The position numbers and the translations under genes are program-made. The notes beneath the pieces were generated by a model. It made no database searches. It was given only the letters and a program-made list of their open reading frames with translations, and was not told the DNA's origin. DNA of 63,254 nt, counting the filler, from Collodictyon triciliatum (Eukaryota), in NCBI GenBank assembly GCA_043381765.1. It is 4 parts of 4 records of this genome, joined end to end, with 100 filler letters (N's around TTAATTAATTAA, not from the genome) between each part and the next. Parts side by side here need not be neighbours in the genome. Positions count along the whole stretch, not along the records: positions 1 to 16,024 come from JBHJMP010001591.1; positions 16,125 to 32,123 come from JBHJMP010001600.1; 2 more parts are not named here. The stretch is one strand, 5' to 3'. Of the stretch, positions 1 through 16,491 are shown piece by piece. The first letter of the stretch is position 1, and every line of letters starts with the position of its first letter.

Positions 1-157
1 AAAAAAAAAAACAAAAAAAAAAAAAAAAAATAAAAAAAAAAAAAAAAAAAAAAAAAAGAAACGAAAAGAGTAGAAAAGTTAAATAAAGGGACAGCATGCT
101 AGCTGAGTAAACGCCAGATCATAGAGCGAAGGGATCAAACCCACGTCGTCGGCGCAG

Positions 158-2176
158 ATGGACACTCCGTCCACTTCTTCCACCATGACTCCTTCTGCGA
201 AGCCCCTCAGGTTGAAGGAGGCCCCGCCTCCAAGGTATAAAAGTTATAAAACTACTTGACAGCCTTCATCCTTTTCCTTTTTTTTCCTTTTGTTTCTTTT
301 TCTTTTTTCCTTTTTTTTATTTTTGCCTTGTTTTTTGCCTTGTTTTTTGCCTTGTTTTTTTTGCCTTGTTTTTGCCTTGTTTTTGCCTTGTTTTTGCTTT
401 GCGAGAATAAAAAAATAATCGAAGGGGGATAACCTCGAACGAAGGGATATTTGAACAACAAAAACAGTACCTGTTTATCTATTTTATGGCTTTGTTTATG
501 AAAATAAAAATTACTCATTTCTTCGGATCAGTTCGGATGGAAAAAGACTTTTGACGCACAACTCAGGTGGGGATGGGATGAATGCATACCAAAGGCACGT
601 TAAGTTTATGCGAGCATACGCTCGTTTCTATGGCACTGGAAAGGCAGAGTCCTCCGAAGCTGTTGGGTTGACAGATTACGACATTCTTCGAAAAGAACAC
701 AGGTTGTACAAAGCATGCACACGCTTTACCCCTATTTACCAATTACAAAAATCACATCTCATTCATATCATATTTGCAAGATAAACAATGAGTTTGATTA
801 TATTTTCAATTGGTCAATAATTCAATAATATCGACCACAGCAACAATATTTTTAACAGATTATTTAGCGAATAACAATAAGAACAATAAATTAATGTTGA
901 TTGAAGACGTAATAATGAAAACTGGGTGGTAGGTTTATACGCAACGATGATGAAGAAGACGAGGCAAACTGGGATAAGAGACTTGCAAAGAAATATTATG
1001 ATAAATTGTAATAATGGATTCTAAATATTTAGCAACTTCAGACATACGGTTTTAATGACAAGAGATACAAAATCACACCATTTATTGCGATAAAACTGAT
1101 GATATATTTTATCATGATTATAAGGTTCAAGGAATATTGTATAGCAGACCTCTCCAGATTTCATACAGGACAAGTACATGGATCTGTTTATTTTCGCAGC
1201 TACACATAAAGAAAAATTGCTTTTAAAATAAAAAATTATCTGTTTTATAGATTGGGCTACGTTGGAGAACAGAGAAAGAGGTCTTTGAAGGAAAAGGTTT
1301 CTTTTTTCCCTCACAATTATCTTGTTTGATGGCATATTCCCTCTAACCCTACAGATTCACATTTACTGGGTCTCATTAATCAGTGATGGAAAAAATAAAG
1401 GACAGTTTATTTGTGCGGGTAAACAATGTGAAGAAAGAAAATGTCTGACAAGTTACGAAATAAATTTTGGATACGTTGAGGAAGGACAGAAGGTATTTCG
1501 TTCCTTCATCAACCATCCAGCAATTCGATTATTCAGACCATCTAAAATATCATACTACTAATTGTATTATTTTCTTTTCATATGGGAGATTATGAATTTG
1601 TTCATCCACAATTTTAAGTTTCCTTATTACCTTACTTCCTTCTTTCATTTCTCCATCTCGCCTTTTTTTTTTATTATTATTTATTTTGCTCTTTAAAATG
1701 GACGTTGAATTAAAAAAAATGTACAGAAAAATGCTTTAGTTAAAATTCGTTTGTGCGACCCCTGTGTCGAGAAAATTAACTACAAGAGACAAAAGAAGTT
1801 GGAGAAGGCCAAGTCAAGGGAAGAAAAAAAATCAAAGAAAATGAGAGGGAATTCAGTTGGCAATCCTTTTGGTCCGAAGGTTGAAGATGGAGACGGTAGT
1901 TACCTTGTCTAGGATACCATTCTATCTTTACATCTCTGCTCGAACAAAAAGAAAGAAAGGAATAGCTCATGGTCACCACAAATCGATAATTATATAGGGA
2001 AAGAAAAGAGAGAAGGAAAAGGAGATGATGAATCCCAAGATCTCCCAGAACAGGAGCAAACCGAGACTGTCCATAAACTGGAAGATGATGGTTCGGATGT
2101 TTGGAGGAAGAGGCCGGAGCTCGAAAAGACTGCAGATGACGACTTGGATGACTACTTCAACGAATTATTCCCTTGA
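158..2176 (+). CDS. FRA10AC1: FRA10AC1-like spliceosomal protein (multi-exon)
   Basis: Spliced exons read MDTPS...MNAYQRHVKFMRAY...TDYDILRKEHR|FIRNDDEEDEANWDKRLAKKYYDKL|FKEYCIADLSRF|IGLRWRTEKEVFEGK|GQFICAGKQC...SYEINFGYVEEGQK|KNALVKIRLCDPC...DYFNELFP*. This matches the FRA10AC1 motif series. Introns are GT-AG with consistent phases. Confidence 0.92.
298..398. repeat. T-rich minisatellite (TTGCCTTGTTTT)n in intron 1
   Basis: Tandem TTTGCCTTG units are directly visible. Confidence 0.85.
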
Positions 2177-2417
2177 TAAACAAAAACGACCAAATATGGA
2201 GATATCCCATCCATTCAGCGAATTTCAGTGAATCCAATCGTGGAAAATAGCATTCAGCGAATTTATTCAGCGTTTGTGAAGGGACTCTCGATCAAGTCTG
2301 GAAATTAAATTAACACCAAAGAATTAAATAACGGATTAAAAAATAACGAAATAGAGCAGGAAGTTGCATCAAATACGAGCGGTTCAAGTGATTCAAACAA
2401 GGGATCAGTGGTATAAG

Positions 2418-2448
<31 letters not shown>

Positions 2449-2595
2449 CAAAACAAAACAACAAAAGGAATTCCTTCTTTGTGTGCAATGTGTCCAAGAG
2501 GCCATTCAGAACTTTTCCTTCTTTCGTTGTTCCCCTTGAAAATCTGTAGGGTACTTTCTGCGTGGAGGTTCACAAAGGCTCTGTGGACTTCTGCG

Positions 2596-4905
2596 ATGGA
2601 TCCTGAGCTCGAACGTGGGCGCTTGGATTTGGCCTATCGCGAGTTGTCTGACTTATCCAGTGAGTGGAGCCGCAGATTTGGCACTGCAACTGTCGAGTTG
2701 GATCTAACCGGGAATCAGTTCAGGTATTTATAATTCTTTTCTTTTCTTTTCTTGTTATCAATATTATGCACCGGTTTATTCATCGCAACACATATTTTTA
2801 TGACTCCCAGCAAAAGCTAGACGATATCATAATTTAACTGAGCGTTTTCTCTGTTGCATGTACGTAATACAAACAGCGATCTTCATTTTCTGCGAGATTT
2901 TAAAGCACTAGAGACGTTAGTGGTGGACGAAAATAAGATGACATCTCAATCAAAGTTTGGAAAGTGTCCGACTCTGCACACGCTCTGTATCAACAAAAAC
3001 AACATCACAAATCTCGCAGCGTTTGTGGACCACATCCACCTTCGACTCCCAAATATTCGCTACCTATCTATGCTCCAGAACCCGGCCTGCCCAAACTTTT
3101 TCAACAATTCGTCTTTGAAGCAGTACAGAGACTACAGGCATTTCTCCCTCTTTTTTTTTTTTTCAACAACGCATTTACTGAACCTTGAGCAAATTACATC
3201 AATCCATTTCATGTTAGAGATTTTGTTTTCATAGACACATTTCAATCGCATAGGTTATTTGTCATCAGCCGATTGAAGACTCTGATATTTTTGGACTCGA
3301 ATCGTATAACAGAGGATGAAAGAACCGAAGCCGAACGAGTCTATGGGCGACTTTCGTCTCTGGATGTATGCTTTGTTCAGATATCAGCATTTTTTTTTTC
3401 ACAATGCTTGTTCCCACAATAACATGGGTTCATGTCAACATTTTATAATATGTTTTTGTTGATAATACCACAAGCATCACCTTCTCATATAAGTCACTTT
3501 TTTTTTCCCGTAATCTATGTAATTATATGATTCCAACGAGCCCAACAGAGTACGGCAGAAAAAGATGCGCTCAAACAGACACTTTCAACAAAACTACTCA
3601 TCAAGGAAGGAGATGAGGTAAACGACAGCTGCACTTAAAATTATACTTTTTTTTTTTGTAGCCTCAATAAAAGAGGTATACATTTTCCCCTATCTTTGTT
3701 ACATTATTCGCACCAATCAGCAGAAATCCCTCCGCCTCCCCCCAAAAAAAAGAAGAGAAAAAGAACAAGATTCCATTTCATAGCAACCAGAATTCCCCGA
3801 TTCAGAGTCAGTCCACGAGCCAAAACGCAAGCCCAAGCAAAAATCGTCTTCAGCAGCATCACAGTCTGAATCACGACGCACATCAACAGCCTCAAATCGG
3901 CGCACAACAAACGCAGTTTCGCCACCATCACAATTGTCAGCAGCATCAACCCCGCCTCCTCCGCCTCCTCCGCCTCCCCCGCCACCTCCTCCACCAGCGG
4001 TAATCCAACCCTCATCGCCAAATCCGCCTCCAGTCTCTTCCAAAACAACCGAGTTCGCACCAGTACACGATGCAAAACCCACACGACGAGCAACCATCAC
4101 ATCTGCCAGCTCGGAGAAGCCATCTGCATCTACACTGCCTGCTCCCCCTCCGCCTCCAGAATTCACTCTATCAGACCCTGACAACACTCAGGAGAATCAG
4201 GAAACAAAAAATGCTGAAGAGGAGACAGAAAACACACCCGAAATACCCGGCTCAAACTTTGCCGCAGCCGCAGCTGCCGTTGTCGCCGCAAGAACACAAC
4301 GCATGTCACAGTCACAAAACTCGCTGGAGCGACCTGCAAACAAAAAGCAGATAGACGCAGACACTAATCCCCAACCCCAATTCCTCGTCAAGCTTCGCCC
4401 TGTCACGCAACCGCACCCGGGCTCTTCTCAGAAGCTGGGCAAGCAAAACGACCAGCCAGATACTGCCCCAGCATTCCCGAAGCCTTCTGTCATCAGTCAG
4501 GCCAGACTCACCCAGGCAAAGCAGCCTGCTCCGCACCAGAAGCCGCCCACCCAAACAGCATCTGCAAAAGACAGTAAAGACCCTGTTATTCCCTCCTCAA
4601 GGTCGAATGCACAAAGTCACAAGCAAGTTGCACCTGCCCATGAACCAGTGCAGACCGATGAGACAGACGAACTCGAGCTTCCGGCTGTCTCGGCTGCTTT
4701 GAACAGGCGCCTGATGCGGGACTTTGGGACTGGGGAGGCAGGAGTGGATTTGGACGATGAAGACAGATGCTCGGTCATCTCACACTCGGTTCGCTATGTT
4801 CCTCCTCCTCCGGCCAACATGTTTGGGGAATTCACTTCAAACGACCTGAACCGCGGAAACGAGAGCAGCAGCGAGAGCGAGTACGATGCTGCTTGGGATG
4901 AATAG
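2596..4905 (+). CDS. LRMDA/U2A'-type LRR protein with a long Pro-rich, low-complexity C-terminal tail ending in an acidic Trp motif
   Basis: MDPELERGRLDLAYRELSDL...LDLTGNQF|SDLHFLRDFKALETLVVDEN...LHTLCINKNNI...LSMLQNPACPNFF...YRDYR|LFVISRLKTLIFLDSNRITEDERTEA (LRRs plus LRR cap). The large last exon (ORF 3934-4905) has a poly-Pro run and ends in ESEYDAAWDE*. One GC-AG intron at 3138-3253. Confidence 0.85.
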
Positions 4906-5513
4906 ATTAGGTGTTCTCAACCAGGCGCTGCTCGCATTACCTTTTGCCTCACTGTCTTTGCTTTTCTTTTCTTTACATCGTGAGATGTCTTGTTTTTCTG
5001 AGAAGCGCACTTTTTTCGCGAAGCGTGGTTGACGGAGGTGGTGATGTGTTTGTGACTCTGCTTTCTTTTCTGATCTACGTGGAAGGCAAACGCCAAGACA
5101 TTATTTCCTTTCCCTTTTCCTTTCCTCTTTTTGTCTTTGTCTTCATTTCCCCGCTTCCCAAATAAAAGCGCCGCGCCCGAGGCCAAACTCATTGAGTCTG
5201 GCATTTGCTGTCCATCCAGTGAAAGCCCAACTCAGAAGCAGACAGATAGCGTGATGGATACCTTTCCAGAAGTGTCCTTCTGCTCCCGGGAGTTGCAGAG
5301 CCACCACTTTGAGAGGGCGGGTGTGTTTGGTTCATGCTCCGGCGGATTCATGATGACATATTCGGGACGCGGTAGTCCGTGTGATTTGTACCACGAATCA
5401 GCAACAGGCAGCCGACTCAACTCTGGCGGATGTGCCCGTCTGCCCTTCGACGTTGCTTTATTCAGTAGAACGCCTTCGCTCTTCATCAGGGAGCGGGTGT
5501 CGCAAGCACTTGG

Positions 5514-5557
5514 CAGACGTCAGATGTCAGATGTCAGATGTCAGATGTCAGATGTCA
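5514..5557. repeat. (CAGATGT)n heptamer tandem repeat
   Basis: About 6 copies are visible. Confidence 0.85.
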
Positions 5558-6072
5558 GCAAATAGAGTGTGGTGAGGAGAAAAGCAGATAGCAGCGACTT
5601 GGAAAGATTCAGAGTTCCCGAAGGCTCAATTAAGGGCCATCAAGGAGTTGAACGCATTCACAAGCGAGCGGCGTGTCGAGAAAACAGGACAGCTTATGGT
5701 TGTGATTGAAAGAAAAGAAAAAAGATATTAAAAATGATTTGAGGTTCCACAGGATAACACAAAAAGGAGAGTTTTTCGATGCCAAGGGAGGGTTCCAAGT
5801 GGTCCTGACAGCAAGTTCAGCGCAAGGTGCGCGAATATGTCCCAATCGCGGCTCCTCCAGGACATTTATTTCAGTAGTGATTCCTAAATGCGAACCACAT
5901 TATTCTTTGTTCTAAGAAAAGGCTAACTAAGCGCGCTCTCATAAAAGAGTGAAGCGCGGCGTAATCGAAACAAATGGAAATCCCACTGGATGAAAGTCTC
6001 CTCAACCCAACATGCATGAACAAATGAATAAGTATCAGTGAGAGAAATTCAGATGATAGGCAAGAAAATACA

Positions 6073-9324
<3,252 letters not shown>

Positions 9325-10476
9325 ATCTGAGACGGTTGTTGCGCTTTTGGCGTGTGCTATGAAGATTTGTGAATACGTCGGTTAGGTTTGTTTTTTGTAA
9401 CATTCTCTTTCCTTATTTTTTATCTTCTTTGTCTTTTTTTTTTCGTCCTTTTTTCCCCCTTTCTTCCTCTCTTCCTCCATACTTCCGTTTATTAGTGGTT
9501 CGTGCGAGTTATGCGTTGTGATAATGGTGGTTTCCTCTACTAGCTTTTCTTTTTTCTTTTTTCTTTTTTCTTTTTCTTTTTTCTTTTTCTTTTTTCTTTT
9601 TCTTTTTTTTTTCTTTTTCTTTTTTCTTTTTCTTTTTCTTTTTCTTTTTCTTTTTCTCTTTTTCTTTCTCTATTCTCTTTCTCTTCTTGGTGTGTATGGG
9701 TGTTAGAGTAAAAGTGTTTTCTCTGATTTATAGAGCAGGCCAATAACCAAGAGCGACTCGACGACGAAGGAAGAGGGTGAGAGAAACGCGAGGCAAAATG
9801 GACAACCCAAACAGACGAGACTTTTTCAGGTTTTTTTGAAAAGAATGAGACAAGGATTTCGGATGCGGAACCTGGAAGGAATGTGTTCGGTTTCAAGGAA
9901 TTCGAAGTGGTGGTATTGGGCGGCAGGATTTGGTCTAGCGAGCATGTGTCTGGTATTGGAGCGTCCTAATTGCGTTGTGAAGAATTGCACGAGTGGATGT
10001 GGTTGTTATCACGGAAAGTATGAAAAACAAATCTGTCCTCATTTGGTGAATGCAACGGAAGTAAAGTTGTGCACTGCAATCCATCGTTTTTTCAATTTTT
10101 GAAATTTTGAATGAAATTTGTAATCTATTTGTGGATTATAATTGAAAAGCAATATACATTCTATTTTATGTCATATTGATGATGCAATTATATAATTTAC
10201 ATAATTTGTTGTAATTTTCTTTCTTCTTGCGATGGAAACACCACCATCGGATTCTCCGAGGCCATTTAATCTGACTTGCAACGAAATTTTAAGACCCACA
10301 GAGATAGCCACCTCTATCAATAAACACGCACATAACCATGTCATTTATGAGTGTGTAAGTGTTGGGCCAATTCAGGATCAAAGAAAAAAGAAGAAGAAGA
10401 AAGGTTAAGAAAGAACGGGAGGAGGTTGCCGGACAGGTTCGTTGTTAACGATAAGAGTCTCCTAAAGTTCAACTCA

Positions 10477-13400
10477 TTAATTTTGCAACTCTCGAAAATG
10501 AGGTCGAAGTTCAGGGTCTTCAGACCAACATTGTTGCATCATCCATACACGATGCTTGTTCATGCTACCCTTCAACTCAGGCCGTAGGCCATTCATCATG
10601 TAAATCTGAAGCAAAAACTGGTTTTCACCCTTGAATGGAACATCCCTAGTGTCAATCTCCCATAACATAATTCCGAATCCAAAGACATCCGCCTTTTCGT
10701 CATATTTCTTTCCTTTCATCACCTGTGTTTCATTTACTCAATTTTTTCTTTCGCCTGATAAATTCTAATATTTAAACAAAAATTATTAAAATTCACGCAC
10801 CTCTGGTGCTTGGTACATAAGGGTACCACACTTTGTCATCGTACGATTGTTCGATTTGACTCTTGCAAAGCCAAAGTCACATATCTTTGCTTCAAAGTTC
10901 TGAGTGATCTATTGCGGAGGGAGAATTTTCCTCTTTTTTATGCTTCCTCATTCTTTATTTATCAAAAAGAATATTATTCTTCAACACATTTTTTTTTAAA
11001 AAGAAAAAGAAAAATAAAGGTTTTTTTTTTTTACCAGGACGTTCTCTGGTTTTAGGTCTCTGTGCAAAACTATTGGGGTTAGAGAGTGCAAGTAGCTCAT
11101 CCCATTGATAATACCATCAATTATTTTCAGCCTGGATACATTTTTTTATTTAGAAAGACTACAATAACTCTATTAAATGAAAAATTGTTTGATTTTTTAA
11201 TTCTGATTATTATTATTATATATATTTGCATGTTGTACTTTTCAGTCTCTCCAATATCTAAAGACTGATCGAGGAGCAAGTTGCGTAAGTTTCCGGGTTC
11301 AACCAACTCCATTACAATGGCCAGGTTTGGCAAATCAGCACAAGCAGCGACAAATTCCACGATATTTTGATGCTTTAATTTCCTTATAAATAATGCATTT
11401 TTCGTGTTTCAATCAAACGATAATGGAATCCTAATTCATAAAAATTTACATATTAATGAAAAAAACCTTATGATAGAAACCTCTGCCAGAAACGATAGAT
11501 ATTTTTCATCTATTGTTCGAGTGTTCTCTTTTGATAGATTTTTTATAGCCACTCTTTTATCCTGCAGTGATTTTCAGGTTTAAAATTATTACTTTATGAA
11601 TGATGTCGTTCAATACTTAACATAAAAACATGATTATGATTATGTGGAGATGATTTTCATCATCCAAAGGGTAGGCGTATTAGTTGTTTTTTTTAAATTA
11701 AATATTACTCTATATATTCCTCGATATACAGACCCAAATGAACCAGAACCAAGAGAATCTTTCTCAAATATTATATCATTGAAATCAACCTCCCATTCGT
11801 ACCTATTTCTTAGGGGGTCGACCAAGCTGTACTTCTTTATATTTGCTTCAATGTTTTTTGTGCCCTCTGTGTTACTCATACCCTTCGATTCTAAATTGCC
11901 CTGACTATTTGATATGTTACCGAATGCATCGAGGGCATGAGGATGGTCAATCGCAGAATCTAGACCAATTGAGGGCTAGAGTATTTCAATATTTAGGATG
12001 ATGTAATTTTTTTAATTTTCTATAGGCACTTTATATAAAAATTTGATCTTTGGGTTATACCTGTCCATTTAAAGAGATTGAAGAAGCTTCGAAATTAGTT
12101 GAAGAGAAATGAGTCATTCTCTTCAGGAGCTTCTTTGGGCATATCTAATGAATTTATGTTGCTTAACTTAAACGGAAAAAAAAAGCATAGTCCTGTCCAA
12201 TATAATGAGAGGCGAAAAAAGAAATAGAGGAATTGGTTTTGCATGTTATTTTTTGGCGTGGGATCTTGTATGGTAACCTGATACAATCTATTGGAATGCA
12301 CACTAGCATTACTCGGCCTGATTAAGTGGATGACATTTTCTATTTCCAAGAATTTAATCTGTTCTCCAAGTTCCTATACCCATTCTCTTAGTTACGAGTT
12401 TGCTTTTCAATAAGGCACAATTCAATCAAACATTTTAAAAAAAATTCCCTTTATTCGATTCAAAGAATCAAAATGTTTTAAATTGTCTTGTTTCACCTGA
12501 TGGACGGCATTGGTAAAGGTAATTTGGCCTCCGCAGGAAGATCTACTGAGCTTTATAGAACTCGAGACTACCTTAGAACAGTATATTAGAAAAATTTAAA
12601 AACTATAAAGTAAAAAGACCTTATAATAGTCATCAAACCATTGAGACTGTTAACACAATGACATACCTTTCCATTGAATTGCCTTCGTCGGCTTATTTCG
12701 TCAAGTTTGCTCTCGCATTTACCGAAATCTACACCCTAATGATAAAATTTAATTTCTTTAATGTAAGATTAATTGACTAACTTTTGTAGAATCTAATCAG
12801 ATTTTCTCACATACCATCTGTGGCCGTAATCCTTTCAGGTCTCCATCAGCAATAGGTTTACCATAATCGTGGGCTAGTAAGCATTCTGGCCATTCTATCT
12901 CATTTAGATTTGATTGCACCTCCAGACAAAACCTTAATGGACAAAATAATTTCATTCTTTGTTTTATTTATAATTAAATTACTTTATACCTCGCTGCATT
13001 TCGAATCGAATAAAGGAAAAAAATATTTTAATCATTTTATATTATCGGTGAGTATTTGTCACCTTATGGCTGATAGAACATCCTGAAAAATGATGACAAA
13101 GTTCTCCCCATCATTCTGGCTGATGTATCCATGACATTTTCTGCATTCCTTTAGGATAATAAAATTTTGAAATTCTTTTTTTTCTTGGAAAATATAAATG
13201 GGTTCTACCTTTCTAATGACGCTATTATAATTTATCACAGAATCTCCCATATACTCTGGTATCTCATCCCAAAGGGTATCAGAACCAAAAATACGGCAAG
13301 AGACAGAAGTTACATCCCCAGAAGGAGCCGCAACCTCCTCATTCAATATTTCCTTGGTGTATTTGTTAATGATTAAAATGTGAAAACATTTAATGCTATC

Positions 13401-15868
13401 AAGTAATTTACTAACCGACATCTCTGAATTTAAAGCATATTTTGACATCTCCATCAGACTCTATTATTCGTGTGGTAATTGTATTAAGAATCTGAACTGA
13501 AAAAGAAAACGGCAGTTATCCAATAAAAAAAATCTAAGCTACGATGAAAATAACCCAATAATAATCATAGTTAACACAAACTGATAATCTCTTGACAATA
13601 TCTTGAAATGACGGTCTTTCTTGGGCATTTTGTGACCATGAGTCCAATATTATAGCTCGGATTTCTGATGGGACCGTTTTCGGAATTTTCGGTCGAAGTC
13701 CATTTTTCAAGACTTGAATAGGAATGGATGAAATATTCTCAATGTCAAAATAAGGGTCCATCCTCGTAATTATCTCCCACGATATAATACCAAAACTGTA
13801 AACATCAGCGCTGATCGTGTATTCTTTCGCTTCTATTACTTCTGGAGCTAGCCATAGTAGGCTACCCAACCTGTTACTTTTTTCCATCGAACCTTGCACA
13901 GTTGTCAATCCAAAATCGCTGTTTATTATAGAAATCAGAAATCAAAAGTACTCTCTGGTAAATCAATAAAATAAAATAAAATAAAATAAAATAAAATAAA
14001 ATAAAATAAAATAAAATAAAATAAAATAAAATAATATAAAATAAAATAATATAAAATAATATAATATAATATAATATAATATAATATAATATAATATAAT
14101 ATAATATAATATAATATAATATAATATAATATAATATAATATAATATAATATAAAATAAAATAAAATAAAAGTAAACGTGAAAGCAAAAGCAAAAGCAAA
14201 AGCAGTGATGAAAATGATAAAAAGAAATTATATCAATGTAACACCTGACTTTAAGGCGGAATCGATCATCAGCCTTTGTTATAAAAGTTTTATATTAATA
14301 AAAAATTCAGATTGATAAGATCGTTATTATTGAATTTATACCAGAATATTGAGGCTCTTCAAGTCTCGATGGATAATAGGAGGATTTGATAAATGAAGAT
14401 ATTGCATGCCTTTGAACAGGAAAATGGTACATGGTTAATCTAGGCAGTTTCTCTAACACCAATTATGGGCCGTCATCATATTTGACTGTAAGAATGTAAT
14501 TGGTTTATACCTCTGGATATATCAGACATGAAATGAAGCTTTTGTGAATATGTAACTGCCCTATCTTCATGTAAAACATCATATAAACTGCCTTGATGCA
14601 TTAATTCACATAATATACAAAGACTTGATTCATCGAAGCATGCTCCCATGTAAAGCACGATATTTGGATGTCTTAATCGTCTATGTTATAAATTTTTGGG
14701 TTTAAAATTAAATATTGTGTAAATTCTAAAATAATTTAAACATTACACCATCATTGATATTTCACTTTTGAACGCCTGAATCTGGTTTTTATTGAGCCTT
14801 TTTTCAGATAGGACTTTAATAGCTACTTCTGTTCCTCTCCATTCACCTTTAAAAACCTTCAGTAAAAAAATCGTAAAAAAAGTCAATCCAAATCTGAAAG
14901 GTCTCCCATCCATTATACAGATATAAAATGCCATCATTTACATATTTGCGATAAATCTGAATTCTATTTACCTCTCCATAGCTTCCACTGCCTATTTTCT
15001 GTCCAAAAGAGAGCTCAACAGAACTTATAATCCCGTACATGTCATTAACAGCACCCTTTACATTATCAATCATTTTTTTGCGATAAACAAGTATGCCAAC
15101 AACCATGAAAATGAAGGCGCCAACTACCGGCCCAATCAACCATAGATTTTCAGCCCTTCTTGATGCGGTATCTACTTATTAATTATAAATAGGTATTGAG
15201 CAAAGTTATCTTGTCAAACCAGAATCATTATCAATCTGTATAATCCTAATAATTATCAAGTGGAAACCTTTAACGCATTTATTCTGTTGTCGGTGAGGTA
15301 CAGGTCGGTAGAAATGAATCATTAGTATTAAAAATTATTTGTGTATTTCTCTCCTTTCAAAGTAAAAAAAAAAATACATTTAGCATGTAATATGCGTCAC
15401 GGCAGACACAATTCTCCGTTGCAGATTCATAAAATGAATTGTCAGGGCAACCTACATATGTAAATGTTACATTCCTATGCTTTCTAGCATACTGTATGTT
15501 GACAGGTAACTTTAAACGTAATTTAAATTACAGAGCTTCCAATTAATTTCTCTTGGCAAACCTAGATAATACCAACTCTTCACATCGAATTCTAATAGTG
15601 GTCCAACTGAAGGGACTCGGGCTCTTTTTCCTTTTCGAGTATCATAGTCTGACAGTATGAAATCCTGCAATTCAATGTCGGATATTCTCTAATATTTTGG
15701 GGGTACAAAATTATTTTGGATAAAAATTTTAATAAAGACAAAAAAAAAAAAATCGAGATCTTCTAAACTCGATAAAAATTAAGTAAAGACCATTAGTGGG
15801 GACGTCGGTATGAGGACATCTATGGCATTTGGATCATAGTAGTCATCGTCACCCCCACCCAGGAAGCG
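10477..15868 (-). CDS. Single-pass receptor: Cys-rich ectodomain - TM - TKL kinase - degenerate class III cyclase - TKL kinase (5'-partial)
   Basis: Ectodomain GCPDNSFYESATENCVCRDAYY. TM WLIGPVVGAFIFMVVGILVYRKK. Kinase 1: IGSGSYGEV, VAIK, HRDLKSLNIL, DFG, WLAPE. Cyclase-like: APSGDVTSVSCRIFGSDTLW...GYISQNDGENFVIIF...GLRPQMGVDFG. Kinase 2: LGSGSFGSV, HRDLKPENVL, DFG, YQAPE. Truncated by the contig end. Confidence 0.9.
13965..14170. repeat. (AAATA)n/(TAATA)n microsatellite, intronic
   Basis: Directly visible. Confidence 0.95.
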
Positions 15869-15923
15869 CTGGTATTAGACATAATACTCTAAATTAAAAT
15901 AGAAGATACAGAAATACAGTAAA

Positions 15924-15940
15924 ACAACAACAACAACAAC

Positions 15941-16024
<84 letters not shown>
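15924..16024. repeat. (AAC)n(AAT)n microsatellite at contig end
   Basis: Directly visible; runs into the linker. Confidence 0.95.
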
Positions 16025-16124
16025 NNNNNNNNNNNNNNNNNNNNNNNNNNNNNNNNNNNNNNNNNNNNTTAATTAATTAANNNNNNNNNNNNNNNNNNNN
16101 NNNNNNNNNNNNNNNNNNNNNNNN
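16025..16124. other. Artificial contig linker (N44-TTAATTAATTAA-N44)
   Basis: 100-bp spacer with a six-frame stop cassette, identical at three sites. Confidence 0.97.
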
Positions 16125-16236
16125 TTATTCTCTTTTTTTTATTCTCTTTTTTTTATTCTCTTTTTTTTATTCTCTTTTTTTATTCTCTTTTTTTTATTCT
16201 CTTTTTTTATTCTCTTTTTTTACTCTCTTTTTTTTC
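16125..16236. repeat. (TTATTCTCTTTTT)n minisatellite at contig start
   Basis: Tandem 13-15 nt units are visible. Confidence 0.9.
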
Positions 16237-16491
16237 ATTCTCTCCTTCCATTTTTTTTGGGCCGATCACATACAAAAGGTCAGCGATGCATTCGCGCAAT
16301 AGATGGTTCTTCGAAACCTTCCGCGATGTATTCCAGTTCTGGAGATCTATTGTGGAAAATACAGTGTCTCAAACGCAACCTGGAGCGAGACAGAGGCGCC
16401 GCAACAACAAAGCCTTGGCAGGAGCTGAAGGCGAGGGAAATCCGCGAGGTGTTGAGCGCATCTAAGAGACGCAGCTGCACAGGGACTGGTC

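Noticed and set aside
10400-10480. Possible stop-codon reassignment or readthrough after RELQN (TAA TGA ... TAG)
   Set aside because: The kinase domain is essentially complete at this point, all three stops terminate other genes, and no in-frame stops occur in conserved exons.
16069-16080. Palindromic TTAATTAATTAA recurring three times
   Set aside because: Assembly linker with six-frame stops, not biological.
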